A DNA stretch of 64,000 nucleotides from Lentimicrobiaceae bacterium (GCA_020636745.1 JACJXH010000006.1:132555-196554); one strand, 5' to 3'. Shown: positions 19,023-29,426, counted from the first letter of the stretch. The notes: generated by a model not told the origin, from the letters alone. A program made the numbers and translations.

Positions 19023-21557
19023 TTATTGATTGATTCTCATTTTATAGAATGACCTCCAGACAAAAACAAGGGCAGTTATCAGGAAGAAGATTCCGATGTA
19101 ATGGGCAACAGGCCGGAAACGTTCAGCAAGTGCAATTTCCATGGCCAGAAGTCCGAATAAAGTGGTAAACTTGATAATAGGGTTGAGTGCTACGGAAGAA
19201 GTATCTTTGAAAGGATCACCAACTGTATCGCCAACCACTGAGGCTGCATGAAGTTCTGTGCCTTTTTCCTGCATATCCACTTCAATAACTTTTTTGGCAT
19301 TGTCCCATGAACCGCCTGCATTTGCCATAAACACAGCCTGGAAAAGACCAAAGAATGCGATTGAGATCAGGTAACTGACAAAAAGAGAAACCGGAAGTGA
19401 ATAATTGAGTGTTTGAGAGGCAATCATTCCGGGTTCCAGACCTGTAGGCGATGAAAGGAATGCAAATGCAAGGGCAAAGGAGAAAATGGCTATAAAAATG
19501 TTCCACATCCCTTTTTGAGCATAAACAGTACAAATTTGAACAACCTGTTTTGATTTTTCAACATCGGCCTTTTTAGGAGCATTGGGGTCAAGGTTAATGT
19601 TTTTCCTGATAAACTCAACGGTTCGGGCTGCCCCGGTTGTCACTGCCTGAACAGAAGCTCCGGTAAACCAGTAAATAACAGCGCCGCCCAACAGGAAGCC
19701 CAGAATTGAATATGGATTCAGCAGATTCAGAATTTCTTCGGGTTTTACGCCAAGGGTTTCTTTGATAACCAGAATCAGGGAGAATATCATGGTGGTAGCC
19801 CCTACAACAGCTGTACCTATCAATACAGGCTTAGCTGTTGCTTTAAAAGTGTTTCCGGCACCATCATTTGCCTCAAGATAATATTTCGATTTCTCGAAAT
19901 CGGGTTTAAATCCGAATTCCTTTTCAATCTCAGCACTTTTTTGTGCTTTGTCTTCTTCAATTAATGAAAGTTCATAAATTGACTGGGCATTGTCGGTTAC
20001 AGGTCCATAGCTGTCAACAGCAATAGTTACAGGCCCCATTCCAAGCATACCAAACGCAACAAGACCGAAGGCAAAAATAGATGGGTAAACCATAAAATCA
20101 CTCAAACCAAAAGTGCTTGCATAATAGGCAATAAACATCAGCAAGAAGAATACCATGCCCATCCAGAATGCACTGAAATTACCGGCAACTAATCCGGAAA
20201 GTATATTCAGCGAAGCGCCACCTTTTTTCGAAGCTTCAACCACTTCATTCACGTGGGTTGATTTAGGGCTGGTGAATAATTTGGTAAATTCAGGAATAAG
20301 AGCAGCGCCAAGCGTACCGGTGCTGATTATCACCGATAAAGTAATCCAAAGATTATTGGGAAGATCACTAATGGTGAGTTTGCTAATGATGAAAGTAACT
20401 ATAATGGAAAGAATAGAGGTTATCCAAACCAGCGATGTGAGTGGTTTCTCAAAATCAATATCATCGGCATTGCTGTATTTGGCTTTTGTAAGAGCCCCAT
20501 TGATCCAAAATGAAACAATTGAAGTAACAATCATGAGAATGCGCATCAGGAATATCCAGGTGAGTAATTTAACCTGTAAAATGCCTGATAAAGTGGCCAG
20601 AGATTCAGCACTGGTGATGTCAAAATTAGCTACATTCAGACTAACAGCCAGATTGGTAATAAATTCGGGGTTGAAATCAGCAATAGATTTTAAGCCATAG
20701 CCAACAGCCAAAAGAATAAAAGAGATTAATGCAACACCGGTAACTCCGTAAGTTTCAAAACCATCGGCGGTAGGGCCTACACTGTCGCCGGCATTGTCAC
20801 CAACACAGTCAGCAATTGTACCGGGGTTTCTCGGATCGTCTTCCCCGATTTTAAAGATAACCTTCATCAGGTCGGAACCGATATCGGCTATTTTGGTGAA
20901 AATACCACCTGCTATTCTTAATGCTGAAGCGCCCAATGATTCACCAATGGCAAAACCGATGAAACTGGCTCCGGCATATTCGCCCGGTACAAACATCAGA
21001 ATAATGAGCATCATCATTAATTCGAGAGAAATCAGTACAACACCGATACTCATTCCTGCATTCAGAGGAATGTTCAACAGTTTAATAGGTTTTCTCTCCA
21101 AAGAAGCAAATGCCATTCTTGAATTTGCCAGGGTATTCATTCTGATTCCGAACCAGGCAACACTGTATGAACCCAAAATACCTATGACAGTCCATCCAAG
21201 AATCATTAAAACGCCACCGAATCCAAAGTGAGATTCTGACAAAAAGCCAAAATAAAAGGCTACTGCCGAGCCTATGAAAATGAATAAAATTGCAAGAAAT
21301 TTCCCTTGTTGAATCAGGTAAGTTTTACCTGTTTCATAAATTACATGGGCCACATCCAGCATCGATTGATGAGCTTTGATTCTTTTTACCTTCAGGAATT
21401 GGTATAGCCCAAACAAAAAACCAGCTAGTGTGATTAGAAATCCCCAGTACAAAAGAGGCTCTTCGTGAATTCCAGCCGGAATTACAAGGTTAGCTTCACT
21501 TGCTTTCGTAATTGCCGGCAGGAGTGCGACAGCCAGCATTGTCAAGATTCTCTTCAT
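19023..21557 (-). CDS. hppA: Membrane-bound cation-translocating pyrophosphatase, K+-independent signature, long divergent type
   Basis: GGIFTKIADIGSDL...EDDPRNPGTIADCVGDNAGD, DSYGPVTDNA, GNTFKA and VGDTVGDPFKDTSS; 844 aa. Confidence 0.95.
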   Translation of the reverse strand: MKRILTMLAVALLPAITKASEANLVIPAGIHEEPLLYWGFLITLAGFLFGLYQFLKVKRIKAHQSMLDVAHVIYETGKTYLIQQGKFLAILFIFIGSAVAFYFGFLSESHFGFGGVLMILGWTVIGILGSYSVAWFGIRMNTLANSRMAFASLERKPIKLLNIPLNAGMSIGVVLISLELMMMLIILMFVPGEYAGASFIGFAIGESLGASALRIAGGIFTKIADIGSDLMKVIFKIGEDDPRNPGTIADCVGDNAGDSVGPTADGFETYGVTGVALISFILLAVGYGLKSIADFNPEFITNLAVSLNVANFDITSAESLATLSGILQVKLLTWIFLMRILMIVTSIVSFWINGALTKAKYSNADDIDFEKPLTSLVWITSILSIIVTFIISKLTISDLPNNLWITLSVIISTGTLGAALIPEFTKLFTSPKSTHVNEVVEASKKGGASLNILSGLVAGNFSAFWMGMVFFLLMFIAYYASTFGLSDFMVYPSIFAFGLVAFGMLGMGPVTIAVDSYGPVTDNAQSIYELSLIEEDKAQKSAEIEKEFGFKPDFEKSKYYLEANDGAGNTFKATAKPVLIGTAVVGATTMIFSLILVIKETLGVKPEEILNLLNPYSILGFLLGGAVIYWFTGASVQAVTTGAARTVEFIRKNINLDPNAPKKADVEKSKQVVQICTVYAQKGMWNIFIAIFSFALAFAFLSSPTGLEPGMIASQTLNYSLPVSLFVSYLISIAFFGLFQAVFMANAGGSWDNAKKVIEVDMQEKGTELHAASVVGDTVGDPFKDTSSVALNPIIKFTTLFGLLAMEIALAERFRPVAHYIGIFFLITALVFVWRSFYKMRINQ

Positions 21558-21866
21558 AAGTTCTGCTATTAATTTGAATTTAATTTTAAGTTTTACAAAT
21601 ATAGAGAAGTCTGCATGAATAACAATGCAAGCTGAGGCCTGTTTTTTTTAACTGAGCCTCTATTTATCAACAGTTTCACGGGATTTTCAGTCTGTTTTTC
21701 CTGCGTTTTTTATTTGTATTTGCCTGATTCCGCAATCGTTTGCGAAATTTTTATGTTCATCTGATCTAGTATTTCATTTTGTGAATAAATTTTTATTTCA
21801 GGCAAATTGCCCACCTGTTATTTTTATTTTCTATTTTTATCAATCCAAAACAAGTTGCAATTCCTG

Positions 21867-22454
21867 ATGGAAAAAATTCCGCTTAAATTATTGGGTATGA
21901 TTAACAGCCAGTCGCAGAGTGGGGCTTACACACTCATTCTGGGCGAGACTGAAGGTAAACGCCGGTTGCCTATATTAATCAATGGGTTTGAGGCTCAGGC
22001 TATTTTATTTCATATTGAACAGATTAAAATTCCCCGGCCCCTTACGCATGATTTGTTTAAAAATTTCTCTGATGCATTTGGCATTTCTCTTGCCGAAGTC
22101 ATTATAAGTAAGTTTGCCCAAGGGATATTTTATGCCACATTGGTATGTGATGACGGAAAAGAAATTAAAGAAATAGATTCTCGTACTTCTGATGCCATTG
22201 CTTTGGCTGTCAGATATAACTGTCCTATATACACTTACGAAGCAGTGCTGACAGGCGCCGGTGTTTCAATTGATGAGGAGCCTGATATTGATGATTTGGC
22301 AACTGGTGGACTATCAGACTCTGATGAGCATGATTATGATAAATTTTCAATAGAAGAGCTCGAAGAGATGATGAATGAAGCTATAGAAAAAGAAGAATAT
22401 GAAAAGGCTTCATTGATTCGCGATTCCATTACCAGAAGAAAAGCAGGCAAGTAA
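21867..22454 (+). CDS. Bifunctional nuclease (DUF151) domain protein with C-terminal UVR motif
   Basis: RRLPILI.GFEAQAI, RPLTHDLF and IDSRTSDAIALAVR; C-terminal A.E.EEYEKASLIRD; start taken at MEKIPL (21867). Confidence 0.9.
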   Translation: MEKIPLKLLGMINSQSQSGAYTLILGETEGKRRLPILINGFEAQAILFHIEQIKIPRPLTHDLFKNFSDAFGISLAEVIISKFAQGIFYATLVCDDGKEIKEIDSRTSDAIALAVRYNCPIYTYEAVLTGAGVSIDEEPDIDDLATGGLSDSDEHDYDKFSIEELEEMMNEAIEKEEYEKASLIRDSITRRKAGK

Positions 22455-22523
22455 ATCAGCACTGATACTTTATTTCTTATTTCAGTTTTAATCAGTCATT
22501 TACCTTTCTGGCAAATACCTTAT

Positions 22524-22588
22524 AAAATAATTCCCTGATTTACAACATGCAATTGTTTGTTTTGCATGCCGGAAATCAGGGAATTTTT
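22524..22588. terminator. Long hairpin between the convergent nuclease and permease genes
   Basis: Outer stem AATTCCCTGATTT/AAATCAGGGAATT with inner stem CATGCAA/TTGCATG, flanked by A/T tracts. Confidence 0.7.
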
Positions 22589-22628
22589 GTGTATTCAGCT
22601 GATTGAAGCGTAAAAGGTATGTTTATTA

Positions 22629-23885
22629 TCAGTGACTCACTTCGCTTACAGCCTTAGGGTCATGTTTGTGTTTAAACAGAAAAGCAAACAAGATGGCAAT
22701 TACCAATGCATAAATAGCAAAAACCAGCCAGATTGAATGCCAGTCTTTAACATTATCAGCTAAAGTGAAGAATTTTAAAATTACAAATCCACTGATAGTA
22801 CTGCCTAATATTGCTCCAAACCCGTTTGTCATCATCATAAACAAGCCCTGAGCACTTGATCTGATAGAAGAATCGGTTGAAGTTTCAACAAATAATGAAC
22901 CTGAGATGTTGAAAAAGTCGAAAGCCATGCCGTAAATGATGCAGGATAATATGATCATCCAAAGTCCGTCGGATGGATTGCCGTAAGCGAAAAGGCCAAA
23001 CCTGAGTACCCAGGCAATCATGCTGATAAGCATTACATTCTTAATTCCAAATCGTTTCAGAAAGAATGGGATTGCCAGAATAAACAAAGTTTCAGACATT
23101 TGTGAAATAGACATAATGATTGTGGAATATCTAACTACAAATGAGTCGGCGTATTCAGGTATCAGTTTAAAATCATCCAGATAGACATCTCCGTATGCAT
23201 TGGTGAGTTGCAGTGCTGCACCCAGAAACATGGAAAAAATAAAGAAAAAAGCCATTTTTCGCGACTTGAATAATTTAAAAGCATCAAGACCCATGCGCTT
23301 GGCAAATGTTAACTTTTCAGATTTATTGCCAAAAGGCGGACATTTGGGTAACGAAAATGAATAAAGGCCCAATAAAACTGAAACTAATGAAGCCAGGTAA
23401 AATTGATTTTCAGAGCTTTTGTTTCCCGATAGATTGACAACCCACATGGCTACTATGAATCCAATGGTACCGAATACCCGGATAGGAGGGAAGCTTTTAA
23501 TGACATCAAACCGTGCATTTTTAAGTGCAGTGTAAGCAATTGAATTTGAAAGGGCGATAGTTGGCATATAAAAGACCATGGCTATCAGAATGACCCAGAA
23601 AAAAGCAATAGGATTGTTGATTTGCGGAATGAAAAACAGTGCAAGACCACTTAAAATGTGAAGAATGCCATAAAGTTTTTCGGCATTCAAAAACCGGTCA
23701 GCTATTATTCCGGCTATTGCTGGCATAAATAATGAGGCTATTCCCATTGTTGAGAATATGATCCCGAAATCATCACTGGGCCAGTTTTTTGTTTGAAACC
23801 AATAATTCCCAATTGTAATTAACCATGATCCCCAAACAAAAAACTGGAAGAAATTCATGATAACAAGCCGGTTTTTGATACCCAT
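22629..23885 (-). CDS. MFS nucleoside:H+ symporter (NupG/XapB family)
   Basis: RLVIMNFFQFFVWGSW, YMPTIALSNSIAY, FPPIRVFGTIGFI, SQMSETLFILAIPFFL and HGMAFDFF-like YGMAFDFF; ~12 TM. Confidence 0.9.
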   Translation of the reverse strand: MGIKNRLVIMNFFQFFVWGSWLITIGNYWFQTKNWPSDDFGIIFSTMGIASLFMPAIAGIIADRFLNAEKLYGILHILSGLALFFIPQINNPIAFFWVILIAMVFYMPTIALSNSIAYTALKNARFDVIKSFPPIRVFGTIGFIVAMWVVNLSGNKSSENQFYLASLVSVLLGLYSFSLPKCPPFGNKSEKLTFAKRMGLDAFKLFKSRKMAFFFIFSMFLGAALQLTNAYGDVYLDDFKLIPEYADSFVVRYSTIIMSISQMSETLFILAIPFFLKRFGIKNVMLISMIAWVLRFGLFAYGNPSDGLWMIILSCIIYGMAFDFFNISGSLFVETSTDSSIRSSAQGLFMMMTNGFGAILGSTISGFVILKFFTLADNVKDWHSIWLVFAIYALVIAILFAFLFKHKHDPKAVSEVSH

Positions 23886-23990
23886 AATGTGGAGGAATGT
23901 TTTATTAGTATTTTTTTTAGCGGGAGCTAAAGTACTAAGATTTGTACAAAAATCAAGGTGTCCGGTTTGTTTACTTTAAGGATATTTTAT

Positions 23991-24028
23991 AAAAATTTCA
24001 GGGGACTACCGTTTAGGTAATCCCCTGA
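23991..24028 (-). terminator. Intrinsic terminator of the INDIP-repeat gene
   Basis: TCAGGGGA-ctaccgtttaggtaa-TCCCCTGA stem followed by a U-tract on the minus strand. Confidence 0.7.
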
Positions 24029-24105
24029 TTCATTGAGAGAGCAACAAAGGAATATTGTTTCACCAAAAACAATTTCATTTACTGTTATCCCGGTTGTATT
24101 TTGGT

Positions 24106-24528
24106 TTACATCGCCTGATGGGTTTTTTGCAGCTCGATTTCGGCGATTTTCAGGATGTCACAAGGAATATCATTGATGTATTTTTCTTCTTCCAGGCAGA
24201 TTCCCAGTGCTTTAGCTGGAATGTATCTGCTGGCTATGGCTGAAGTTTCAAAAGGAATATCATTGATGAACTTTTCTGGTTCAGGCATCTGATTTATCGC
24301 AGGTAGAAAACGGCTGCTTATTTCGGATGTGTTAAACGGAATGTCATTGATAAATTCTTCTGAATCTACAAATGCAAGCATCTGAGCCGGATTATCAAGG
24401 ATTGTTAATGAGTCAATGTCAAGTGTTATTGTGGTGGTTGTAACCGGCGATGAATTAATTCTGATGGCAAACGATGTTTCACTGATGATTGTCAGTAAAA
24501 AGACCAAAGTGGTTATAATGGCTTTCAT
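24106..24528 (-). CDS. Small secreted protein with three E-x-[FY]-INDIP repeats, function unknown
   Basis: Signal peptide MKAIITTLVFLLTIISETSFA (ATG 24528); repeats EEFINDIPFNTSEI, EKFINDIPFETSAI and EKYINDIPCDILKI. Confidence 0.7.
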   Translation of the reverse strand: MKAIITTLVFLLTIISETSFAIRINSSPVTTTTITLDIDSLTILDNPAQMLAFVDSEEFINDIPFNTSEISSRFLPAINQMPEPEKFINDIPFETSAIASRYIPAKALGICLEEEKYINDIPCDILKIAEIELQKTHQAM

Positions 24529-24572
24529 GGTTGTAAATATTAAGTTCAACATTATGTTGTTCAGTATGTCCT

Positions 24573-24590
24573 TAGCTAATAATGTGCCAG
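24573..24590 (-). promoter_or_regulatory. Candidate sigma-54 (-24/-12) promoter
   Basis: Minus strand CTGGCACATTATTAGCTA has GG-N10-GC spacing, ~45 nt upstream of the ATG. Confidence 0.4.
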
Positions 24591-24826
24591 AGTTTGTAAG
24601 TGTATGAAAATGAGAAGTATAAGATTAGTGTTTAATTGCATTTCAGTTGAATGTGTTCATTTTCGGATAGTGTTTGGCCGCTGGCGAACAAAGGTGTTTT
24701 GCGGCCATTTGTTGAAGCACAATTGTACCTGCAGAAAAAATCAGATATGTATAAATATTGTTATTTCAGCGTTTTGCTGATGGTTTAATGGTGTAAGAAA
24801 GAGGGGGAGCAGCCTTTAGAGCTTGA

Positions 24827-27800
24827 TTACATGGGTGGAATTTGTTTTTTTCTTTGTTTTCTGAAAATCTCTGAAAACTTGTCAAATTCGTATCTGTAAT
24901 AAACGCCAATACCTTGTTTATAAGTAGATACGGACGAACTGATGTCGTAAGGGTTGTTGGCTTTGTTAAACGCTTTAACCCTAAACCTGCCGTCAGGTGT
25001 AATTTTTACATCAATGTTAACATCACCAACAATATTACTGGTGTTTTGTGTTGAACCTGTGGTGGTTACTCCTAAGTTTCCATCAATAGTTACGCGGTCG
25101 TTAAACAAATGGGTAGAAAGAGCGAGTTCAAGTTCTTCGGAAGAAAGAGCGTCAGCAGTCCGGTAATTGAGTCCGATATCTATATCTTTACTTATCTGCG
25201 AAAGCATGTTGCCTAATTGATTGGTGAGCATCTCAATGGAAGAAGAGCCCACCGTACTTGCCAGAGAAGTGTTTTCAGACGAAAAACTGAAAGATTTCAG
25301 CATCAACAGGGAAACCATTTGTTGAGTCATCACTACATTGTTGGTTGTATCAATAGCTGAAAAAACCATTTGTCTGAGCCTTTGGTCGGCTTCTGGCAAA
25401 CGGATGCTAAATCCGATATCAGGGTTATATAGGTTATTGTTGAGGCTAATGATACAGTCAACAGCTTCTGATTTGCCGGCATAATCAGGGTTGTTGGCAA
25501 GCTCGGGTATTCCCTTCAGCGACGCTTTGAGCTTATATACCGCTTTTAAGTTAATATCTGCGTCGTACGGACTTCCTTTGAAAGAGATGAGGCTGCCCGG
25601 CTCTATTGAAAATACCCTGTTGAGTACATTGCGAAGTGTAAACAGGAATGTTCCCTCATTCATTCTGTAATCGCCAAACATGGTGATATCTCCGCGAGTG
25701 TCTATCCCCATTTGTATGTTTCCACTTCCGTTTGCTTTGATATTTCCAATGTCTTCGGGTAAAAAAATCTGGATTCCTGCATCTTTTGTAACATCAAGTA
25801 TCATATTCAGGTTAACCCCTGAAGTATTGGCTTCAAAGGTCTTTTGCAGAATATCAGGCCCGGCTTTGTTTACAAATCTTATATATTCATTTTCGGTGGC
25901 ATCAACTGATAGGTTAATGGGTATGACAATATTGGTATTGGGCTCCGATTTTACATTGATATCCATCTTGATGTCAGAAAATGGTCCTTTGATTTTAACT
26001 GTGCCGGTAGCAAAGGCGCTTCCATAAAATAGCTCATTGTTTTTAAGAGTTGTGTTAAGCCCGGCCAGGTTATTGGCATTCACCGTAATATCGAGCAGCA
26101 TATTGCTGAAATACTGGTGCGTAAGTCTGAAGTCACATTTGCCGGTGTTTCCTAAAGAATCGTAAATTGTGATATTTCTGGCAGAAATCAGGTCAGGTGC
26201 AATGGTTACCTGATCGGCAAATGAATAGGTTACATTCAAATAGTCAATTTTCATCTGAGTGCGCAACAGCTGGATGCTTCCTGTAAATGAAGGTTCGGAA
26301 AAGGAGCCGTCAAGTTTTATATTGCCGGTAGCCATGCCCTTTAAATTTGAGGCAAAACCTTGAAGAAAAGGATTGAGTGAAGCCAATTTATAGTTGGTGA
26401 GTCCTATATCCAAATCAAAATTATTCTTTAATTTCTTGCCTGTGTATATATATCCCTTCACAGTTATGGGATTATGAGTGCCAATATTGCCCTTGTATAT
26501 TATTTTTCCGTCAATTTCGAGTCCTGATTTTTCATTATCCCAGCGGCTTAACAGGTGCGCATCGCCCATTTTTTCTTCGTTGAATGCAAGGCTATTTATA
26601 TTGATATCGGATTGAAGAGTGCGCGCATTGTAAAAATCATTAAGAGAAATATTGCCGCTAAGAAAACCGTCAAAATTCAGGTCGTCATTGCGAATCAGCA
26701 TATCAGCATTTGAAATGTCGAGATTGTCGAAATACAGACTAAAAATGTCAGCCGGATCTTCAGAGATTTTCCCGTCAATCCTTAGTTTCTGCTTATTTCC
26801 TGAAATAATCAGATTGTTAATGGCAACAGAAGTGGAGTCAATCAAAATGTCACCTTCCTGATGAGCCATCCAGGGAAGATTGTTGATCACAACATCAACA
26901 TTTGATAAATTAGACCTGATGACCGGGAATCCGGCAAATAAAAATTGTCCGGAAATATCACCACGGTTTTTTAAGATAGAATCCTGATTTTGCCATGTAA
27001 ACTGATATCTGATGCTATCACCCTGCATATAGGTGTCGATTGAAAAATTTTCAATGCCCAGTTTGGCAGGGTCATCTGCTGTTGGCTCTTTTAAAAGGAT
27101 GGATTGCGCTCCTGTGTTAATACTCATCGACCTTCCGGTGTTTTGTCCGCGAATATACCAGTCGGAAATCAGCAGCCCTTCATACCTGAACTGGCTGGCT
27201 TCGCCATTGAGTAAAATGGTGGAGGTGGTAGAGTTATAACTGCCAAAAAGATTGGCATTTGTGAGCAATTTAAATTGCGGTAAAAATAATTCTGTTAAAG
27301 GGGTGATATTTTTTATGTTAATTTCATAATCAAAAAGTTGCTCAATCTCAACATGGCGTTCAGCTTTATCTGCAAATTGCACAGAAGGGAGGTAGGTGTT
27401 GATGATGTTGTTAAGCGAACTGTAAAACCCGAGAAAAGTGTATTTCCCATTAATGACAGCGTCCAAAAAATCGGATTTCAATTGTAAGGTTTTATTTTCG
27501 TTTGCACTTTTATTCGTGGAAAGCAGTAACTCCTTAAGCTCATATTTTTTATTTTTTTCGATATAAGTTGTGCTGTCAAACCTTAAGGTTCCTGTCAGAT
27601 TGTCGATGTTGGACCCTTTAAAATCAAAATCCATGGTGGAGCTAAGGCATGAAGTTGAGTCTCTTTCCCATAAATTTAACCGGTGCAAATAAGCATTGGT
27701 GACTTTTGATTTGAAATTGAATCGGGGCAAACTATCACTAAAATCTACCAGTCCCAGAAAATCAAGTTTGATCAGATCGTCATTCAGGTTTAGGTTTCCG

Positions 27801-29272
27801 TTAAATTTTCTGTTTTCAAGTTTTCCATCAATGGTTATTCCATTAAACTCATTTCCAAGTAGCTCAATTTTCGAAACATTGGCTTTTAAATACAGATTTA
27901 TATCTTTATAGTCAATGATTATTCCATTGATAGATGAGGAGAAGTCGACAAGCCCTAGTTTGCCTGATTCGGGAAATGTTTTCCCCAAATCCCAGTCAAT
28001 AAGACTAAGGTGACCGTCGTAGGCAATATTATTTTTACTGATAGTTTTCAGGCTTAAGTCTGTTTTCAGTGTTCCCAATCCGGTTTTAAAATCTGCCGAT
28101 GATACAAAATCGTTGATAAACCCGGTAAAATAGCCTGTGACACCAATAATACCTGCGTTTTTTGCAGCCTCCGGTATTTCCAGATTTTTATAACCAGGAA
28201 GTTTAAAGTTGGCAAGATCGTAATAATCGGTTTTGAATTTTTTAACCTTCAAATGGATAAATGTTTCAGTAATATCGGGTAATCCGTCCATATTAACATT
28301 GCCTTTAAAAATGGTTTGTTTCCCCAAGGCAAGCTGCAGGTTTTTTGATTTGAGCGATGCCACAGTCCCTTTTACAAGTCCGGCAATTTTAATTTCATTG
28401 TCCATTCCCTTTATTTCAGGTGCAAAGTAGCTGATGTCGTTGAGGTTAAGGGAGGTTTCCCTGAAGTCGCCGGTCATTTTTACACTGTCAATGAAGCTGT
28501 TGTAGGCATTGAACCCCGAATGACTGAAAGAAAGGTTCATTTGTATGTGACTGGCCGGCGTAAGAATATGCAGGTTATTTGCACTTATTTGAGTGGGTTT
28601 TACTGAAAAAACAGCAGATAAATCGGTTAGAACAAAACCTGATTTCTCCTTTAATGAAAGTGTTTTCAATCTGGCAGTGATGCTGTCTCCGGCAATAGCC
28701 AGTTTTCGGATGTCAAGGTTTAGGTTATTGATATTCAAATGGTTGTAATCAACGCCGTCGGAAATGGGTTGATATAATTCGTCGTTGTACGAAAAACTGC
28801 AATCTTTGAGCCTGATTCCAGAAATGCCCAGTTTCCATGGCTTCAGGGTAGTGTCAGCCGGCGTGGTGTCATGAGGGCTGAAATAGTCAACTATAAACGA
28901 ATAATTCATCGCACTGTCAGCCGCTTGTCTTACCAGATTGATTTCGCCCTGATGAAGGCTAATGGCATAGATTCCAATAAACCGGTTTTTACGGTTGAGC
29001 TTACCTAAATCGAGCCTGAGTGATCGTGCTTTTAGAATATTGCGGTAATGCTTGTCGGTTATTCTGATGTTTTGCAGTTCAATGTCGAGAAACCATGAAA
29101 TGTCAAGTCCTCCAACCTGTACAGTTGTACCCAGCTCTTCCGATAGGTATTTAGCTGTTTTCTGAGCCATCCATGTTTGTACACGCGAAGTTCTGAAAAC
29201 GCCGTAAATGCTGAGCAATAACATTGCCAGCGAAACAATTACGATGAATGATATGTTAAGTGTCTTTTTGAT
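24827..29272 (-). CDS. tamB: Translocation and assembly module TamB (AsmA-like N-terminus, DUF490 C-terminus)
   Basis: N-terminal anchor followed by VQTWMAQK; C-terminal GDYRMNEG.FLFTL, FNDRVTIDGNLG and YKQGIG...EFDKF; ~1480 aa. The 5' end is uncertain: first ATG at 29224, but the anchor helix extends to an ATC at 29272. Confidence 0.9.
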   Translation of the reverse strand: MKKTLNISFIVIVSLAMLLLSIYGVFRTSRVQTWMAQKTAKYLSEELGTTVQVGGLDISWFLDIELQNIRITDKHYRNILKARSLRLDLGKLNRKNRFIGIYAISLHQGEINLVRQAADSAMNYSFIVDYFSPHDTTPADTTLKPWKLGISGIRLKDCSFSYNDELYQPISDGVDYNHLNINNLNLDIRKLAIAGDSITARLKTLSLKEKSGFVLTDLSAVFSVKPTQISANNLHILTPASHIQMNLSFSHSGFNAYNSFIDSVKMTGDFRETSLNLNDISYFAPEIKGMDNEIKIAGLVKGTVASLKSKNLQLALGKQTIFKGNVNMDGLPDITETFIHLKVKKFKTDYYDLANFKLPGYKNLEIPEAAKNAGIIGVTGYFTGFINDFVSSADFKTGLGTLKTDLSLKTISKNNIAYDGHLSLIDWDLGKTFPESGKLGLVDFSSSINGIIIDYKDINLYLKANVSKIELLGNEFNGITIDGKLENRKFNGNLNLNDDLIKLDFLGLVDFSDSLPRFNFKSKVTNAYLHRLNLWERDSTSCLSSTMDFDFKGSNIDNLTGTLRFDSTTYIEKNKKYELKELLLSTNKSANENKTLQLKSDFLDAVINGKYTFLGFYSSLNNIINTYLPSVQFADKAERHVEIEQLFDYEINIKNITPLTELFLPQFKLLTNANLFGSYNSTTSTILLNGEASQFRYEGLLISDWYIRGQNTGRSMSINTGAQSILLKEPTADDPAKLGIENFSIDTYMQGDSIRYQFTWQNQDSILKNRGDISGQFLFAGFPVIRSNLSNVDVVINNLPWMAHQEGDILIDSTSVAINNLIISGNKQKLRIDGKISEDPADIFSLYFDNLDISNADMLIRNDDLNFDGFLSGNISLNDFYNARTLQSDININSLAFNEEKMGDAHLLSRWDNEKSGLEIDGKIIYKGNIGTHNPITVKGYIYTGKKLKNNFDLDIGLTNYKLASLNPFLQGFASNLKGMATGNIKLDGSFSEPSFTGSIQLLRTQMKIDYLNVTYSFADQVTIAPDLISARNITIYDSLGNTGKCDFRLTHQYFSNMLLDITVNANNLAGLNTTLKNNELFYGSAFATGTVKIKGPFSDIKMDINVKSEPNTNIVIPINLSVDATENEYIRFVNKAGPDILQKTFEANTSGVNLNMILDVTKDAGIQIFLPEDIGNIKANGSGNIQMGIDTRGDITMFGDYRMNEGTFLFTLRNVLNRVFSIEPGSLISFKGSPYDADINLKAVYKLKASLKGIPELANNPDYAGKSEAVDCIISLNNNLYNPDIGFSIRLPEADQRLRQMVFSAIDTTNNVVMTQQMVSLLMLKSFSFSSENTSLASTVGSSSIEMLTNQLGNMLSQISKDIDIGLNYRTADALSSEELELALSTHLFNDRVTIDGNLGVTTTGSTQNTSNIVGDVNIDVKITPDGRFRVKAFNKANNPYDISSSVSTYKQGIGVYYRYEFDKFSEIFRKQRKKQIPPM

Positions 29273-29426
29273 AACTTTGCAATCAGATTATTTTGAAAAC
29301 CGGGGTTCTCAGCCAATGTTCGTCAGATAAGGCTTTAACTTACAAAAGTCTTAAAAATCACGATACAGGCTTCAAGCCGGTTAAAATTAATTTTTTTACT
29401 AATTTGATCCTTTTGTAATAAAAAAT

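Noticed and set aside
20155-21231. Long plus-strand ORFs (181 aa and 145 aa) opposite hppA, and similar antisense ORFs opposite gcvP, tamB, parC, gdhA and selD
   Set aside because: Shadow frames of highly conserved genes, with no motifs or independent start signals.
24640-24720. LytTR-type phased repeats upstream of the INDIP-repeat gene
   Set aside because: Only one 21-bp pair, with a mismatch in the core (CGGA versus CGAA), and no third copy in phase.
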